A stretch of 64,000 nt of DNA from Holosporaceae bacterium (GCA_031288225.1 JAITRU010000027.1:9740-73739), one strand, 5' to 3'; shown: positions 9,920 through 19,955, counted from the first letter of the stretch. Notes: generated by a model from the sequence alone, not told the origin. Numbers and translations: made by a program.

Positions 9920-10081
9920 AATTTGGGGATTGCCCTATAAAGATAGATACAGCTCTGCAAAATTCTGATTTTTCAGTACATAACGAGAACGACGCAGCTA
10001 TTTCGTTGAATATACAAAAAAGCTGAAATATCAACAATTCTCGCCAAACAAGCCTATCTTTATAGGGCAATCCCTGAATTT
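9920..10081. repeat. Inverted-repeat (MITE-like) element in the rpsF/rpoH divergent intergenic region
   Basis: Left arm aatttggggattgccctataaagatag (9920-9946); right arm ctatctttatagggcaatccctgaattt (10054-10081). The 21-bp core gggattgccctataaagatag is a perfect inverted match. Confidence 0.8.
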
Positions 10082-10194
10082 GTGCACAACAACCGGAGGA
10101 ATATTCGCTGTTCTACACACCGAAACCACCAGTCCTTTGCATTCATAGCGTTTCATGCTACACTTCCCCTGTTTTTCTGAAGGAATAACGAACG

Positions 10195-11097
10195 ATGTCT
10201 TTTGGACTGCGCGACGAAAGTTCTCTATCCCATTATATCTCCGAAATAAAAAAATTTCCCATTCTTGATCAGGACGAAGAGTATGAATTGGCGCTGAGAT
10301 GGAAAGAAAAAAGCGATCAGCGAGCACTGGATAAAATAATAAAGAGCCATCTACGTCTTGTATATAAAATAGCCAATGGCTATTCGGGCTATGGCTTACC
10401 AAAAGAGGACCTAATAGCAGAGGGGCACGTTGGAATCATGCACGCTCTACAGCATTTTGATCCATCCATAGGCTATCGCTTTTCCACCTACGCCGCATGG
10501 TGGATAAAGGCAAAAATCAAGGAATTTGTGTACAATGCCTGGTCAATAGTAAAATTGGGAAGCAGCAAAAACAATCGAAAATTGTTTTTTGGTCTGAGAA
10601 AACAAAAAAAAGCATTAGGAATTGATAAACTTTCCGATGAAGATGCCCAGACAATAGCCGACGCTATGCAGGTATCCAAAGAAGACGTACTTATTTCAGA
10701 AAATAGATTTGCCAACAAAGATTACTCCTCCAATGTTGAAATTGGAGAAAACAGCAAGGCATCGTTCCAAGACTTTCTCGTCGATACCAAAGCATCTCCG
10801 GAGGAAATTATCCTGCATAAGCAGGAATACGAGTATCGCAAAAAAATATTGCACGATGCCCTGGCTACCCTCTCCAAAAGAGAATATGACATCGTCTGCT
10901 CTTACCGACTACAAAATCCCACAAAAAGTCTAAGAAAAATCGGTGAAGAACATGGCATTTCCGCCGAGCGAGTTCGCCAAATAGAAATGGCAGCGTTCTT
11001 GAAAATTCAAAAATACGCAAGATCCGTGGAGTGGGCAAAGCAGCACAGTCAAATTTTTCAAAAAACTGCGTGCTATTTCATAAATGTAACCATTTAA
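10195..11097 (+). CDS. rpoH: RNA polymerase sigma-32 (heat-shock sigma factor)
   Basis: Sigma-70 family regions 2-4 plus an RpoH-box-like NRKLFFGLRKQK. 300 aa. Confidence 0.9.
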   Translation: MSFGLRDESSLSHYISEIKKFPILDQDEEYELALRWKEKSDQRALDKIIKSHLRLVYKIANGYSGYGLPKEDLIAEGHVGIMHALQHFDPSIGYRFSTYAAWWIKAKIKEFVYNAWSIVKLGSSKNNRKLFFGLRKQKKALGIDKLSDEDAQTIADAMQVSKEDVLISENRFANKDYSSNVEIGENSKASFQDFLVDTKASPEEIILHKQEYEYRKKILHDALATLSKREYDIVCSYRLQNPTKSLRKIGEEHGISAERVRQIEMAAFLKIQKYARSVEWAKQHSQIFQKTACYFINVTI

Positions 11098-11855
11098 AGA
11101 GCGTGGGAATTTTGCATTATTTCACACATTATAGGCGCATGGTCCGACGGTCTAGGCAGCGCCCTGGCAAATCGAAGCACATCTCCATCCAGAAAAAGTT
11201 GCCTAGCAGCATTTGATAAATAGAATTGGTCAATTCTGTAGCCAATATCGTTACGAAAAAAATTGCGATGTCTGTAATCCCACCAAGTAAATCCTTTCTG
11301 ATCCAGTGCATCACAAAAACCAGCATCCCTTATATTCCTGATGGCTTCCCGCTCCCGTGGCGAACACATAATACCCTCGAGTGAGGAATTATGAGTATCG
11401 GTTTTATGGGGAGCTACGTTGAAATCTCCACCAGCTATGAACACTTCATTGCAGAAGCTACAGAACCTATCTTTCAAATTCGCAAGAAACTCTAATTTAA
11501 AATGATATTGTTCGCTATCAATTTCCTGACCATTAGGCACATACACGGACGCCACAAACGCTCCACCTGTGAATGCTTCAATGTAGCGTGCATGGCCAGG
11601 ACAAAAATCAACTTTTACATCTTCTAACATATGTTTAGAAAAAATCGCTACGCCATTGCGACCCTTTTCACCGCGAATGGCAATATTGTATCCCAGGTCT
11701 TCAAAGTATTCACAGGGGAAACTATCATCAGCAACCCGAGTTTCCTGCAGTAGTAGAACATCTGGTTTATATTCATCGCTAAGGCGGATAAGATGCTCAA
11801 TTCTTACCCTAATGGAGTTAATATTCCAGGATACTATTTTCATTACACACGCCAC
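11094..11855 (-). CDS. xth: Exodeoxyribonuclease III
   Basis: EEP-family pattern: SWNINSIR, LLLQETR, GDFNVAP, SDHAP. Confidence 0.9.
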   Translation of the reverse strand: MACVMKIVSWNINSIRVRIEHLIRLSDEYKPDVLLLQETRVADDSFPCEYFEDLGYNIAIRGEKGRNGVAIFSKHMLEDVKVDFCPGHARYIEAFTGGAFVASVYVPNGQEIDSEQYHFKLEFLANLKDRFCSFCNEVFIAGGDFNVAPHKTDTHNSSLEGIMCSPREREAIRNIRDAGFCDALDQKGFTWWDYRHRNFFRNDIGYRIDQFYLSNAARQLFLDGDVLRFARALPRPSDHAPIMCEIMQNSHAL

Positions 11856-11974
11856 TATAACGAAATGGAACTATTCCATGAAACATCAATTTAATTTAAA
11901 ATTCAATAGCCACGATTGCCGGCCCAAACCCGGCGCACTAGGTCAGGAGCTAAAAAATTTGTATACTGGTTCAT

Positions 11975-14900
11975 TCAGCATAATTCGTGGAGTCGAGCAT
12001 ATTTTGTCCACAAAATGGCCGTTCTAATATTTCGGGATTTATGACTAACACCGCCGATGAAATTTGGCATTTTTTCCATGGCTCTTCGGTAGAAAAGCAG
12101 CTGTTCGATATATGCCAATGGAACATTTTCTTGATGACCGTCCAGCGCAACAGATAATATTGTTGTTTTAAAATCCACAATCCAGATGTCATCGTCTTTA
12201 AATGCGATCTTATCCGGACGTCCTTCGCGATTTTCAAACAGGAATGACACCTCAGATAATGCCATAGTGTCAAATAAAAACTCAAATTCTTTTTGGCGCA
12301 GCACATTGAGCGCTTCACATTTCGCCGCTTTTTTTTGATCATCGGACAGGGCAAAACCTTGCAACAAATGATCTACGGTACCTTGGTAAAGGAGATCCTT
12401 GTCGTCGTAGCTGTGATTTTGTCCGTGCAGGTACTGGGGCAGTTTACACAGCAGCAGATGCACACACTCTCCATAGATTGCCGGCTTCAAAAAATTATTG
12501 CTCCCAGGTAGCGAAGTAAAATTTTCGGAAGGAGGTGGTGGTAGTTGTTGAAAGAACCAAACCGGAATAGCTTCACGTGCACCGCCTAGTTCTGCACAAT
12601 TTTTTGCAGGTTCCTGCTGCGCACCGGTAACTGCTGGCTCAAAAGCTGCTGATTTTACTGCAACGGCGGCGCATTTCGGCACTTTACCGCTATGATGACC
12701 ACTGTACATCAGGTGAGAACCGTATCTCACATCACTTTTAAATACCGCCTCATCCACGTGGCGCTTGATAGTATTATACCAGCAATTTTCCGATAATTTA
12801 TGAGTCCGTTGTTCGCCTAAAATATACAAAAAATCCTCAGCCCGAGTTAAAGCAACATAGAGTAGCCTATGAGATTCCCCAAGATCTAAAGCAGCGTATT
12901 GACATTGTAGATGCTCGATTTGCTGTGGGCGAAGATGACTGGAAAAATCCCAAAATACCAATCCAGTGTCGGACATGATGATTTCATCCTGGGGTATTCT
13001 AAAAAAATGGCAATCAGCTAGTAGCACAAATGGAGATTGCAGCCCTTTGGAAGAATGTACCGTCATCAGACGAACTGCATTGTTTTGCCCAAACGATTCG
13101 CGCTTGATTTCGTGCCGAAATGATCTGAACCACTCAATAAATCCTTCCAGGCTAGCACCACCATTATTATCCGTGTAAAGCATTACAACATCCAGAAACA
13201 CAGACAGCACATCAAGGCATTCTTCCCCAAGCCGATTGATGAATTTTTCCCTGGTGCCATCTGCTATGATTTTCATAAAGAACGCCATGGGGGACTTATC
13301 AAAAACCTCCCGTAGGTAAGATTGAAGTTGCTGTAAATTATATTTTGAGTACAGTTCCTCATCCTGCAGTAAATAGTCCCAGAGTCCCAGATGTTTTACG
13401 GTCCTATCAATGCAGACTCGCATGAGATCTTCCTCACTCATGCCCACAATCGGTGATTTTAGTACACGAGCACATGATAAATCGTCGGCCGGCAGGAGGG
13501 CAAAAGTCGCCAGCTGAATTAGATCCTCAACGATTAATTCATCTTCCAACAGGAATCTATCAAGGCCGCAGACCGGAATGCTCAAAGCATTCAGCGCACT
13601 TGCTATATTTTTCATGGCAATCGGATCTCTTCTCTGAAAAAGGATCATAAAATCCGAGGCTCGTGCTGGCCTTTGGCAAGAATCGACCCAAACACCACCA
13701 ATGATGGCATCATGTATTGTATGGGCGATATGGGCTGCCAGTTTGCCACTGGCAGACTGGCGGCTTTGTTGATTTTTTATGGTACTCCAGGGCCAATCAT
13801 CTGCGTCATTGCCTTCCGCATCGTCGTCGGTAAATAGATCCACAATTGTCACAACTCCGCCATCCGCTGACCTATTTGAAACATGCTTAACGTCTGGTAG
13901 CAGATGACCGCATATGCTATCCACAAACGATAAAATGTTACCGCCAGACCTGTGGGAAATATTTAGTACGGCATCATGAAATCGCTGCCCGCTGGTGGTG
14001 GATTTATTCCTAAAATATTTATGCATCCTATCGAATACACGAACATCTGCTCCCTGAAATGAATAAATCGACTGCTTTTCGTCGCCTACCACAAAAATTG
14101 TTTTGGTTGGATGCAAAGTGGCGAAAAACTCATCCGCTATGGCCTGCACAATTTCCCATTGTTCTGGACTTGTGTCCTGCGCCTCGTCCAGCAAAATATG
14201 ATCGATGTCACAATTTATTTTATACATAACCCACTCGATATTTTTTAGAAGAATGGCAACTATGGAGATTATGTCATCAAAATCAACGCAATGATTGGCC
14301 CATTTTAATTCGTTAAACTTTGCAATGATGCGGCTGATTACAGTAAAAAATTCAATATTTGCCTTCGCGGACGTATAGGTTTTTTTTTGTTCCCAAAATT
14401 CCAATACCCATTGGGCAGCTTCGGACATTTGTTGGAAAAAATTTGGATATTTTTTTGCTATTTGCGCCGAATATAATCTATTTTTCAGCTTGTATTCTTG
14501 GGTAAAAAACGCCAACAGGAATTCCGTCGAATTAGCAGCAACCGCAGATTGTAGCAGCCGCGCTTTCTTCAAATCTTCGGCATTTCCTTGAGATAAAATC
14601 TCTGATATTTGCAAGAATTTTTGCTTTTGATTTTCCCAGGACATTTGCTGCAGTAAATATAAATCTACTTCGACGTCAAAATCAGAGCTGGTGGTCCACC
14701 GTTGTCTGCCATCACCGTTGGCAAACAGATCATTTTGTCCCATGGGAATACAAAAAAATGAAAGATAAGTAGATCTAATATCACCCACATTTGCTAACCA
14801 CAGTCGGCGATTTTTTATAATTTCAAAAAGATCCACCGTAAAATTGGAGATATATTCCATAGAATGGCGATTTTCCTGTTGCCGCATAATGGCATTAATG

Positions 14901-15421
14901 GCTTCCCGTAGCAACGCGCTAATCTGATAATCATCGCAGGTTGTGAATCCCGGTAGCAGACCGGTTTCCAGCGGAAATTTTTCCAGCAATCCCAAACAGA
15001 AACCATGAATTGTCTTTATCTGTACCCACTCTGCTGCATTTGTGCTTTGGGCAAAGAGAGACTGCGCCAATGCCAGCTGTGATGAGATGCAAGGCAAAAT
15101 ACTATCCGATATCGCAGAATTTTTGTGAAATCGCACAATGCCAAACGATAGCAATTCCTGTTCCAGGTCTTCCGGCATCATTCCCTGCCAACGGAGCAAT
15201 TGCTGCGATAAACGATCGAGCATCTCGGCAGCAGCTGCTCGAGTATAGGTAAGGCAGAGAATTTTTGCCGGATATACTCCAGCTAACAGCAGTGCCAGGA
15301 TTCTATCAATCAAGCTTTTGGTCTTGCCGGTACCAGCGGAAGCGGAAATCCAAATGGAAGCACCGATGTCTTTTATTTCATTCAGCATTGGAACCATCAT
15401 GTGCCATGTGCATTGCTCCAC
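11975..15421 (-). CDS. addA: Double-strand break repair helicase/nuclease AddA
   Basis: UvrD-like helicase motifs (SASAGTGKT, CLTYTRAAAAEM, VGDEKQSIYSFQGA), a C-terminal PD-(D/E)XK region (VDFKT), and a 25-nt overlap with addB. Confidence 0.9.
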   Translation of the reverse strand: MEQCTWHMMVPMLNEIKDIGASIWISASAGTGKTKSLIDRILALLLAGVYPAKILCLTYTRAAAAEMLDRLSQQLLRWQGMMPEDLEQELLSFGIVRFHKNSAISDSILPCISSQLALAQSLFAQSTNAAEWVQIKTIHGFCLGLLEKFPLETGLLPGFTTCDDYQISALLREAINAIMRQQENRHSMEYISNFTVDLFEIIKNRRLWLANVGDIRSTYLSFFCIPMGQNDLFANGDGRQRWTTSSDFDVEVDLYLLQQMSWENQKQKFLQISEILSQGNAEDLKKARLLQSAVAANSTEFLLAFFTQEYKLKNRLYSAQIAKKYPNFFQQMSEAAQWVLEFWEQKKTYTSAKANIEFFTVISRIIAKFNELKWANHCVDFDDIISIVAILLKNIEWVMYKINCDIDHILLDEAQDTSPEQWEIVQAIADEFFATLHPTKTIFVVGDEKQSIYSFQGADVRVFDRMHKYFRNKSTTSGQRFHDAVLNISHRSGGNILSFVDSICGHLLPDVKHVSNRSADGGVVTIVDLFTDDDAEGNDADDWPWSTIKNQQSRQSASGKLAAHIAHTIHDAIIGGVWVDSCQRPARASDFMILFQRRDPIAMKNIASALNALSIPVCGLDRFLLEDELIVEDLIQLATFALLPADDLSCARVLKSPIVGMSEEDLMRVCIDRTVKHLGLWDYLLQDEELYSKYNLQQLQSYLREVFDKSPMAFFMKIIADGTREKFINRLGEECLDVLSVFLDVVMLYTDNNGGASLEGFIEWFRSFRHEIKRESFGQNNAVRLMTVHSSKGLQSPFVLLADCHFFRIPQDEIIMSDTGLVFWDFSSHLRPQQIEHLQCQYAALDLGESHRLLYVALTRAEDFLYILGEQRTHKLSENCWYNTIKRHVDEAVFKSDVRYGSHLMYSGHHSGKVPKCAAVAVKSAAFEPAVTGAQQEPAKNCAELGGAREAIPVWFFQQLPPPPSENFTSLPGSNNFLKPAIYGECVHLLLCKLPQYLHGQNHSYDDKDLLYQGTVDHLLQGFALSDDQKKAAKCEALNVLRQKEFEFLFDTMALSEVSFLFENREGRPDKIAFKDDDIWIVDFKTTILSVALDGHQENVPLAYIEQLLFYRRAMEKMPNFIGGVSHKSRNIRTAILWTKYARLHELC

Positions 15422-18174
15422 TCCTTAATTCGCGCCAAATGCCGGTAAGCGGCATCGTAGAGATACTGCACGTTCACTTCATAGGGAATACCAATGATGT
15501 TGTATTTGGTTATAATTTTCCGAAGATTGCCCAATGTCACATCCATTAGGTGATTAACTTCCTCTGGATTAGCGGCTACTACGTGTATTTCTCCGCCGAT
15601 TCCGAGACCATTTAGACGCCAATATTGTAGCGATGAAACTTTAGTACAAGGCACACCAATGCCATTGCCATTATATTGCGCCATAAGAGCTTCGATGGCT
15701 AGCTGTGGCTCATGGCCATACATTACTTGCCGACGAGATGGAACTACTCCAGATTTATAATCTACAATCGCCCATGATCCATCATCGTAGATATCAATGC
15801 GATCTAGAATTCCAGAAATTTTCAGCTGACATTTTTCACTGACTTCAACAATATATTCACCAAAAACTTCAGACATCGATCTACAATGATGTTTTGGCAA
15901 ATTATCCATGACAAAAGCAAAGATACTTTTTAGACGAAAATACCACAAACCCAAGCTAGTAGCATCCAAGCATGTGCCATCCAGCATATGCTCAGCAATT
16001 TGATGCAGGAGATCAACATTTTGCCTGATGTTATTGCTTTTGATGAATTTATCAAGAACTTCGTGAATAAAATTACCACGCACATTGCCGTGGGAACCCA
16101 TGGGACGTAGTTCCCGCAGACCAAGAATTTTTTTTGCATATAATCCGTAAGGATTGTGCATTAGCAGCTCAACATCGCTAATGGATAACTGCAGCGGGCG
16201 ATAACAAATGGGAGGATTGGGAGCCACAGAAGAAATTTTTATGCGACGTTGAGCTCTATTACAATTTACCATCAATTGCTCCAGCCAAGTGGCACGATGT
16301 ATTTTTAGATTATTCATCAGCCTTTCAAAAAATCTGTAACAAGGTCGCTGTATTCCATCAGCGGTTTTGGAACGAGTTATCAACACGTTATCCTTATGAA
16401 TTAATCTCTCAAAAACGCGCTGAACAAATCTGTTTTTTTCATCTGCCGTCTGTATTCCAAGAATTTTAAGCATGGATTTTGTGATCCAAAAATCATTGGG
16501 TTCAGTAAAGGAAAAATTAGCATCATTCACACCGGCAACGATTATTAAATCCGCGTCCAACAGCTGTGCTTCTGTTATGCCTAGCATGACAACACCCGGA
16601 GTATAGCCATCCGGCGTTCTCACATTTGTCGTTCTCAGATGATTTTTCACAAAAATTGAAAACTCTGCAAAAGTCATGGAGCCCAATAGCTCCGAGTATT
16701 GGAGAAAATATTCAAGCGTATCTGTGAACTCGCAGAATATGGAATCAACGGATCTAGGCTTAGGTTGCTGCAGTAAAAGATCTCCAATGCTGCGGCAAAG
16801 GAAATACCATTCGACAAAATACTTCTGCTCTGATATCTGCACGGAAATTTCCGCTGCAATGATCTGCAGTTGCTGTATTAGATCCACCAGAGTTTGCATT
16901 CGATCTTCATTCGCCGGAGAATCATTACTCGCTCCTTGTGCTCTAAGCTTACGCCACAAAGTAAATGCTCCAAAAAAATTTGAGGGAATTGCACTGGAGG
17001 AGCGGAAAAATATTTCCATTTCCATCAGTAGCGGTTTGTACAATTTCGATGATTCCAGCTGCGGCAAATAACTAACTTCCGGCGTAGAGAATAATTCGTG
17101 TGAGTTCGCGCTGGAAGCAGCAGAGATATTCCCCATCAAAACAATTTTCAGTAGCGCCATTGTAGCCGGTGTTGAAAAACCCCTATCAATAACATTTAGT
17201 AGTTGCGTAACGCATATTCCCATGGAAGTTTTTGCCATCGGAGTACCCGTGGAATCGTCAATAATGATATTCCATCGCAGTAATTCGTACTTGATTTTTT
17301 CCGCCAGTGACCGATGGGGAGATACCACCATGACACTTTTGTTTTCAGCAATTGCTTTGCGAACAGCAATGGCAACGCCGAAGGATTCCTCTGATAAATT
17401 GTTAAATTCGCAAAATTCTATGTGATTTTTTTTTGGTATTCTTGAACGTATATCATCGATTCTATCTCCTTGTTGCTGAGCATTAAGGGATGATATTTCG
17501 CCTATGTTAAATATGAGTCCATCGGATGATGATGCTACGCGATTTAGGAAAATTTTGATTAGCCTATGAGTTTTCTCAATGCCGATAGTAATTATTTTAC
17601 TTCGAGTTGGATGAAAGTTATCCGCATGGATAATAGATTGTAGCTTTGCTTTCATGACATTAATCATGGAAGAAATTTTTGCATCTTCCATGCAATCTTG
17701 CAGCATGTAGAGCGTATGCATCAAATTCTCCATCAGATGATCTGGAATCATATGGAATAATCGATGATGATCAATGTCTTCCAGCAACAATGTCTGAACA
17801 AATTCGTATAATTTTTGAGCCAGCGCAAATAGAGAACTAATTGGCATTCCTTTGTTTTTAAAATTGGATCTCAATCGTTGCACTATCCGTAGTAGAATTT
17901 GGACGTCATCGCAGGAAAATTCATCGGATATGGATTTGATGGTCGGCAGCAACGTCGCCACCACAGCCTTACTTTCCAAATATTGGTACAGATAGCGCCT
18001 AAATTCACAGCAACTGCGACGATTTGGCATGTATATGGTATGGGACACCGGTGTAGTATTGCCCAGTAAACTATCTCCAACAGCAACGGCAATCGTCCGG
18101 AGCAGATTATGTACAGGCAGTACATCAAAAATGCGCTGTTGGGGATTAATTACAACCTCTGGCAACAGAAACAC
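15397..18174 (-). CDS. addB: Double-strand break repair protein AddB (alphaproteobacterial type)
   Basis: Size and position upstream of addA. C-terminal nuclease motif (IVDYKSG ... QLAIEAL). Confidence 0.85.
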   Translation of the reverse strand: MFLLPEVVINPQQRIFDVLPVHNLLRTIAVAVGDSLLGNTTPVSHTIYMPNRRSCCEFRRYLYQYLESKAVVATLLPTIKSISDEFSCDDVQILLRIVQRLRSNFKNKGMPISSLFALAQKLYEFVQTLLLEDIDHHRLFHMIPDHLMENLMHTLYMLQDCMEDAKISSMINVMKAKLQSIIHADNFHPTRSKIITIGIEKTHRLIKIFLNRVASSSDGLIFNIGEISSLNAQQQGDRIDDIRSRIPKKNHIEFCEFNNLSEESFGVAIAVRKAIAENKSVMVVSPHRSLAEKIKYELLRWNIIIDDSTGTPMAKTSMGICVTQLLNVIDRGFSTPATMALLKIVLMGNISAASSANSHELFSTPEVSYLPQLESSKLYKPLLMEMEIFFRSSSAIPSNFFGAFTLWRKLRAQGASNDSPANEDRMQTLVDLIQQLQIIAAEISVQISEQKYFVEWYFLCRSIGDLLLQQPKPRSVDSIFCEFTDTLEYFLQYSELLGSMTFAEFSIFVKNHLRTTNVRTPDGYTPGVVMLGITEAQLLDADLIIVAGVNDANFSFTEPNDFWITKSMLKILGIQTADEKNRFVQRVFERLIHKDNVLITRSKTADGIQRPCYRFFERLMNNLKIHRATWLEQLMVNCNRAQRRIKISSVAPNPPICYRPLQLSISDVELLMHNPYGLYAKKILGLRELRPMGSHGNVRGNFIHEVLDKFIKSNNIRQNVDLLHQIAEHMLDGTCLDATSLGLWYFRLKSIFAFVMDNLPKHHCRSMSEVFGEYIVEVSEKCQLKISGILDRIDIYDDGSWAIVDYKSGVVPSRRQVMYGHEPQLAIEALMAQYNGNGIGVPCTKVSSLQYWRLNGLGIGGEIHVVAANPEEVNHLMDVTLGNLRKIITKYNIIGIPYEVNVQYLYDAAYRHLARIKEWSNAHGT

Positions 18175-18229
18175 AAACCTCCCAGATATCTTCCGTTGCT
18201 ATTCTTCGACAATTTACTTGAACATGCAA

Positions 18230-19813
18230 TCACTTTATTGTCTTGCTCTTAACATTTTTTAGTATAGACTCGGCCTCAGCAATTGCCATTTTATTTGAGT
18301 AGGGAGAGTTACTATCTGCAGAAAAAATTTGCGAATACATGTAGATGGCAATACTATCAAGTAGTTCAGGTTCAGGAGCGTTGCCTAGGGGTATGAACGC
18401 GAATTGATTTGAATGGTCTGATATTTTGCGTATGGCATAAACTGTTGTGTATGCGTGCTCCATATTAACGTACTTGGTAAAATAGTCATCAAAATATTCT
18501 GTGTAGAACTTGTTGTCATCAATTGATGTAATTTTATTACACTTTACCAGGTAATTCAACGCAGCATTTGTATGATAAGCGAACAACCTATTGCATGGTA
18601 CGAATATCATTTGTCCAGGATGCAATGATGCTATATAGCAAAGAGCTTTTTTGCTTCGCTCCATCACCTCTTTTCCAGTTTCTCCATTACTGCAAGCTCG
18701 TAGCGAAGGATCTTTAAATGCATCCACAATCTGCGGATTATTCACAGTCGTCTCAATATTCTCACCAACCAACTCACCGGGATTTTGCTCGTCCAATTCC
18801 TGTAACACGCCAATATCCACGTTAGCAGCACTAGGTATAGACTTGTATGTATGTCCTATGTGCAAAAATGCCAGGCTTGACTCCCTAGATCGGACACTTG
18901 GTCCGGAAAAAATCGCACTGAATTTTAATAGTACAGTTGCCACTTTCATTGCTTGAAATGATACCATATCCATTACTACGGGAGTACCTACCTGCGACTG
19001 AAACGTGGAGCTTTGCGTCTTGCAATGCCTGGATAGCAGAAGAATTGTATATTTACCACTACCTATTAGTCCTTTCAATAGTTGATCAGGATTGGAGCAA
19101 GATGATCCATAAAAATCAGTGTCTGGTTGCAGAAGTGGAATAAAAGTTTCCGGTATTTTTAGTTCAGCAAAGGAACAAGGCGTTGATAGCGATGGTAATG
19201 GAGTTACATATGAGAATGATTCATGGCCAGATGATTGCGAATCATCCGGAGAACAAATAATTTCCTCCTTCACTTCTTTTTTAATAATGATAGTTGTTGT
19301 GGTTTTTTTCACTTTTCTGCGTTTGATTCGCTGAGGATTGTGGGAGTTAAGCGAATCACCATCAGATATGTTTGTCAATAATGGTAATGTGTTCCTCCTT
19401 GGAGATGGTGATTCGCTGCTGTCCGTCGAACATCCATCACTCTCAGAATCAGAAGTACTTCCCGAGACCAGTAAGTTACTGCTAGCCTGAGTCAACTCAT
19501 AAGAAAGTAACGAATTGTCACGTAAATCAATGTCATCATTTAAATTTTTGGAAGTAGTACCGTTAGTACATGTAGGAGATATTATTAAACACTTCGTTAC
19601 GATTGGAGACAAATTTGCCGCATTGTTCTCCGAATCAAATTTTGTTGCACAGCAGCTGCCATTTGTGGTGGGCTGTAGCGTAGAGGTACTGGAGCCATTA
19701 CCGCTAATATCTTTATGCGCACCATCGCCTTTTGGCATTGAAAAAACAAACGATGCAGAAGCACTCACGGTCCATGTAAATAATACAACGATTCTTAGGA
19801 AGGAAATCTGCAT
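18230..19813 (-). CDS. Hypothetical secreted protein: signal peptide, Ser/Thr-rich region, basic NLS-like patch, histidine-phosphatase (PGAM)-like C-terminal domain
   Basis: Signal-like MQISFLRIVVLFTWTVSASASF. RIKRRKVKK at residues 162-170. By eye, LLLSRHC ... FQAMKVATVLL ... IFSGPSVRSRESS ... NGETGKEVMERSKKALCYIA ... MIFVPCN resembles the RHG ... SSPLxRAxQTA ... GES ... VVSHG layout of the histidine phosphatase superfamily. Confidence 0.6.
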   Translation of the reverse strand: MQISFLRIVVLFTWTVSASASFVFSMPKGDGAHKDISGNGSSTSTLQPTTNGSCCATKFDSENNAANLSPIVTKCLIISPTCTNGTTSKNLNDDIDLRDNSLLSYELTQASSNLLVSGSTSDSESDGCSTDSSESPSPRRNTLPLLTNISDGDSLNSHNPQRIKRRKVKKTTTTIIIKKEVKEEIICSPDDSQSSGHESFSYVTPLPSLSTPCSFAELKIPETFIPLLQPDTDFYGSSCSNPDQLLKGLIGSGKYTILLLSRHCKTQSSTFQSQVGTPVVMDMVSFQAMKVATVLLKFSAIFSGPSVRSRESSLAFLHIGHTYKSIPSAANVDIGVLQELDEQNPGELVGENIETTVNNPQIVDAFKDPSLRACSNGETGKEVMERSKKALCYIASLHPGQMIFVPCNRLFAYHTNAALNYLVKCNKITSIDDNKFYTEYFDDYFTKYVNMEHAYTTVYAIRKISDHSNQFAFIPLGNAPEPELLDSIAIYMYSQIFSADSNSPYSNKMAIAEAESILKNVKSKTIK

Positions 19814-19853
19814 GTTATTATTCCTTTCTGGAAAGGCTATAAGTACGATACTA

Positions 19854-19955
19854 ATACCATTCCTCAGAACAAATTATCCGAAAGCTTTTCCGCATAGCCT
19901 GAACATGAGGCTGCTCACCGCTTGCTGCGAGAAATTAGCAATGAGGAATGGTATA
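19854..19955. repeat. 102-bp MITE-like element, copy 1 (13-bp perfect terminal inverted repeats)
   Basis: ataccattcctca ... tgaggaatggtat(a). The whole element recurs in reverse orientation at 62188-62289 with about 90% identity by eye. Confidence 0.85.

Noticed and set aside
10031-10402. 123-aa minus-strand ORF spanning the rpoH start region.
   Set aside because: It overlaps the rpoH 5' end and the inverted-repeat element. It has no RBS and no recognisable protein features.
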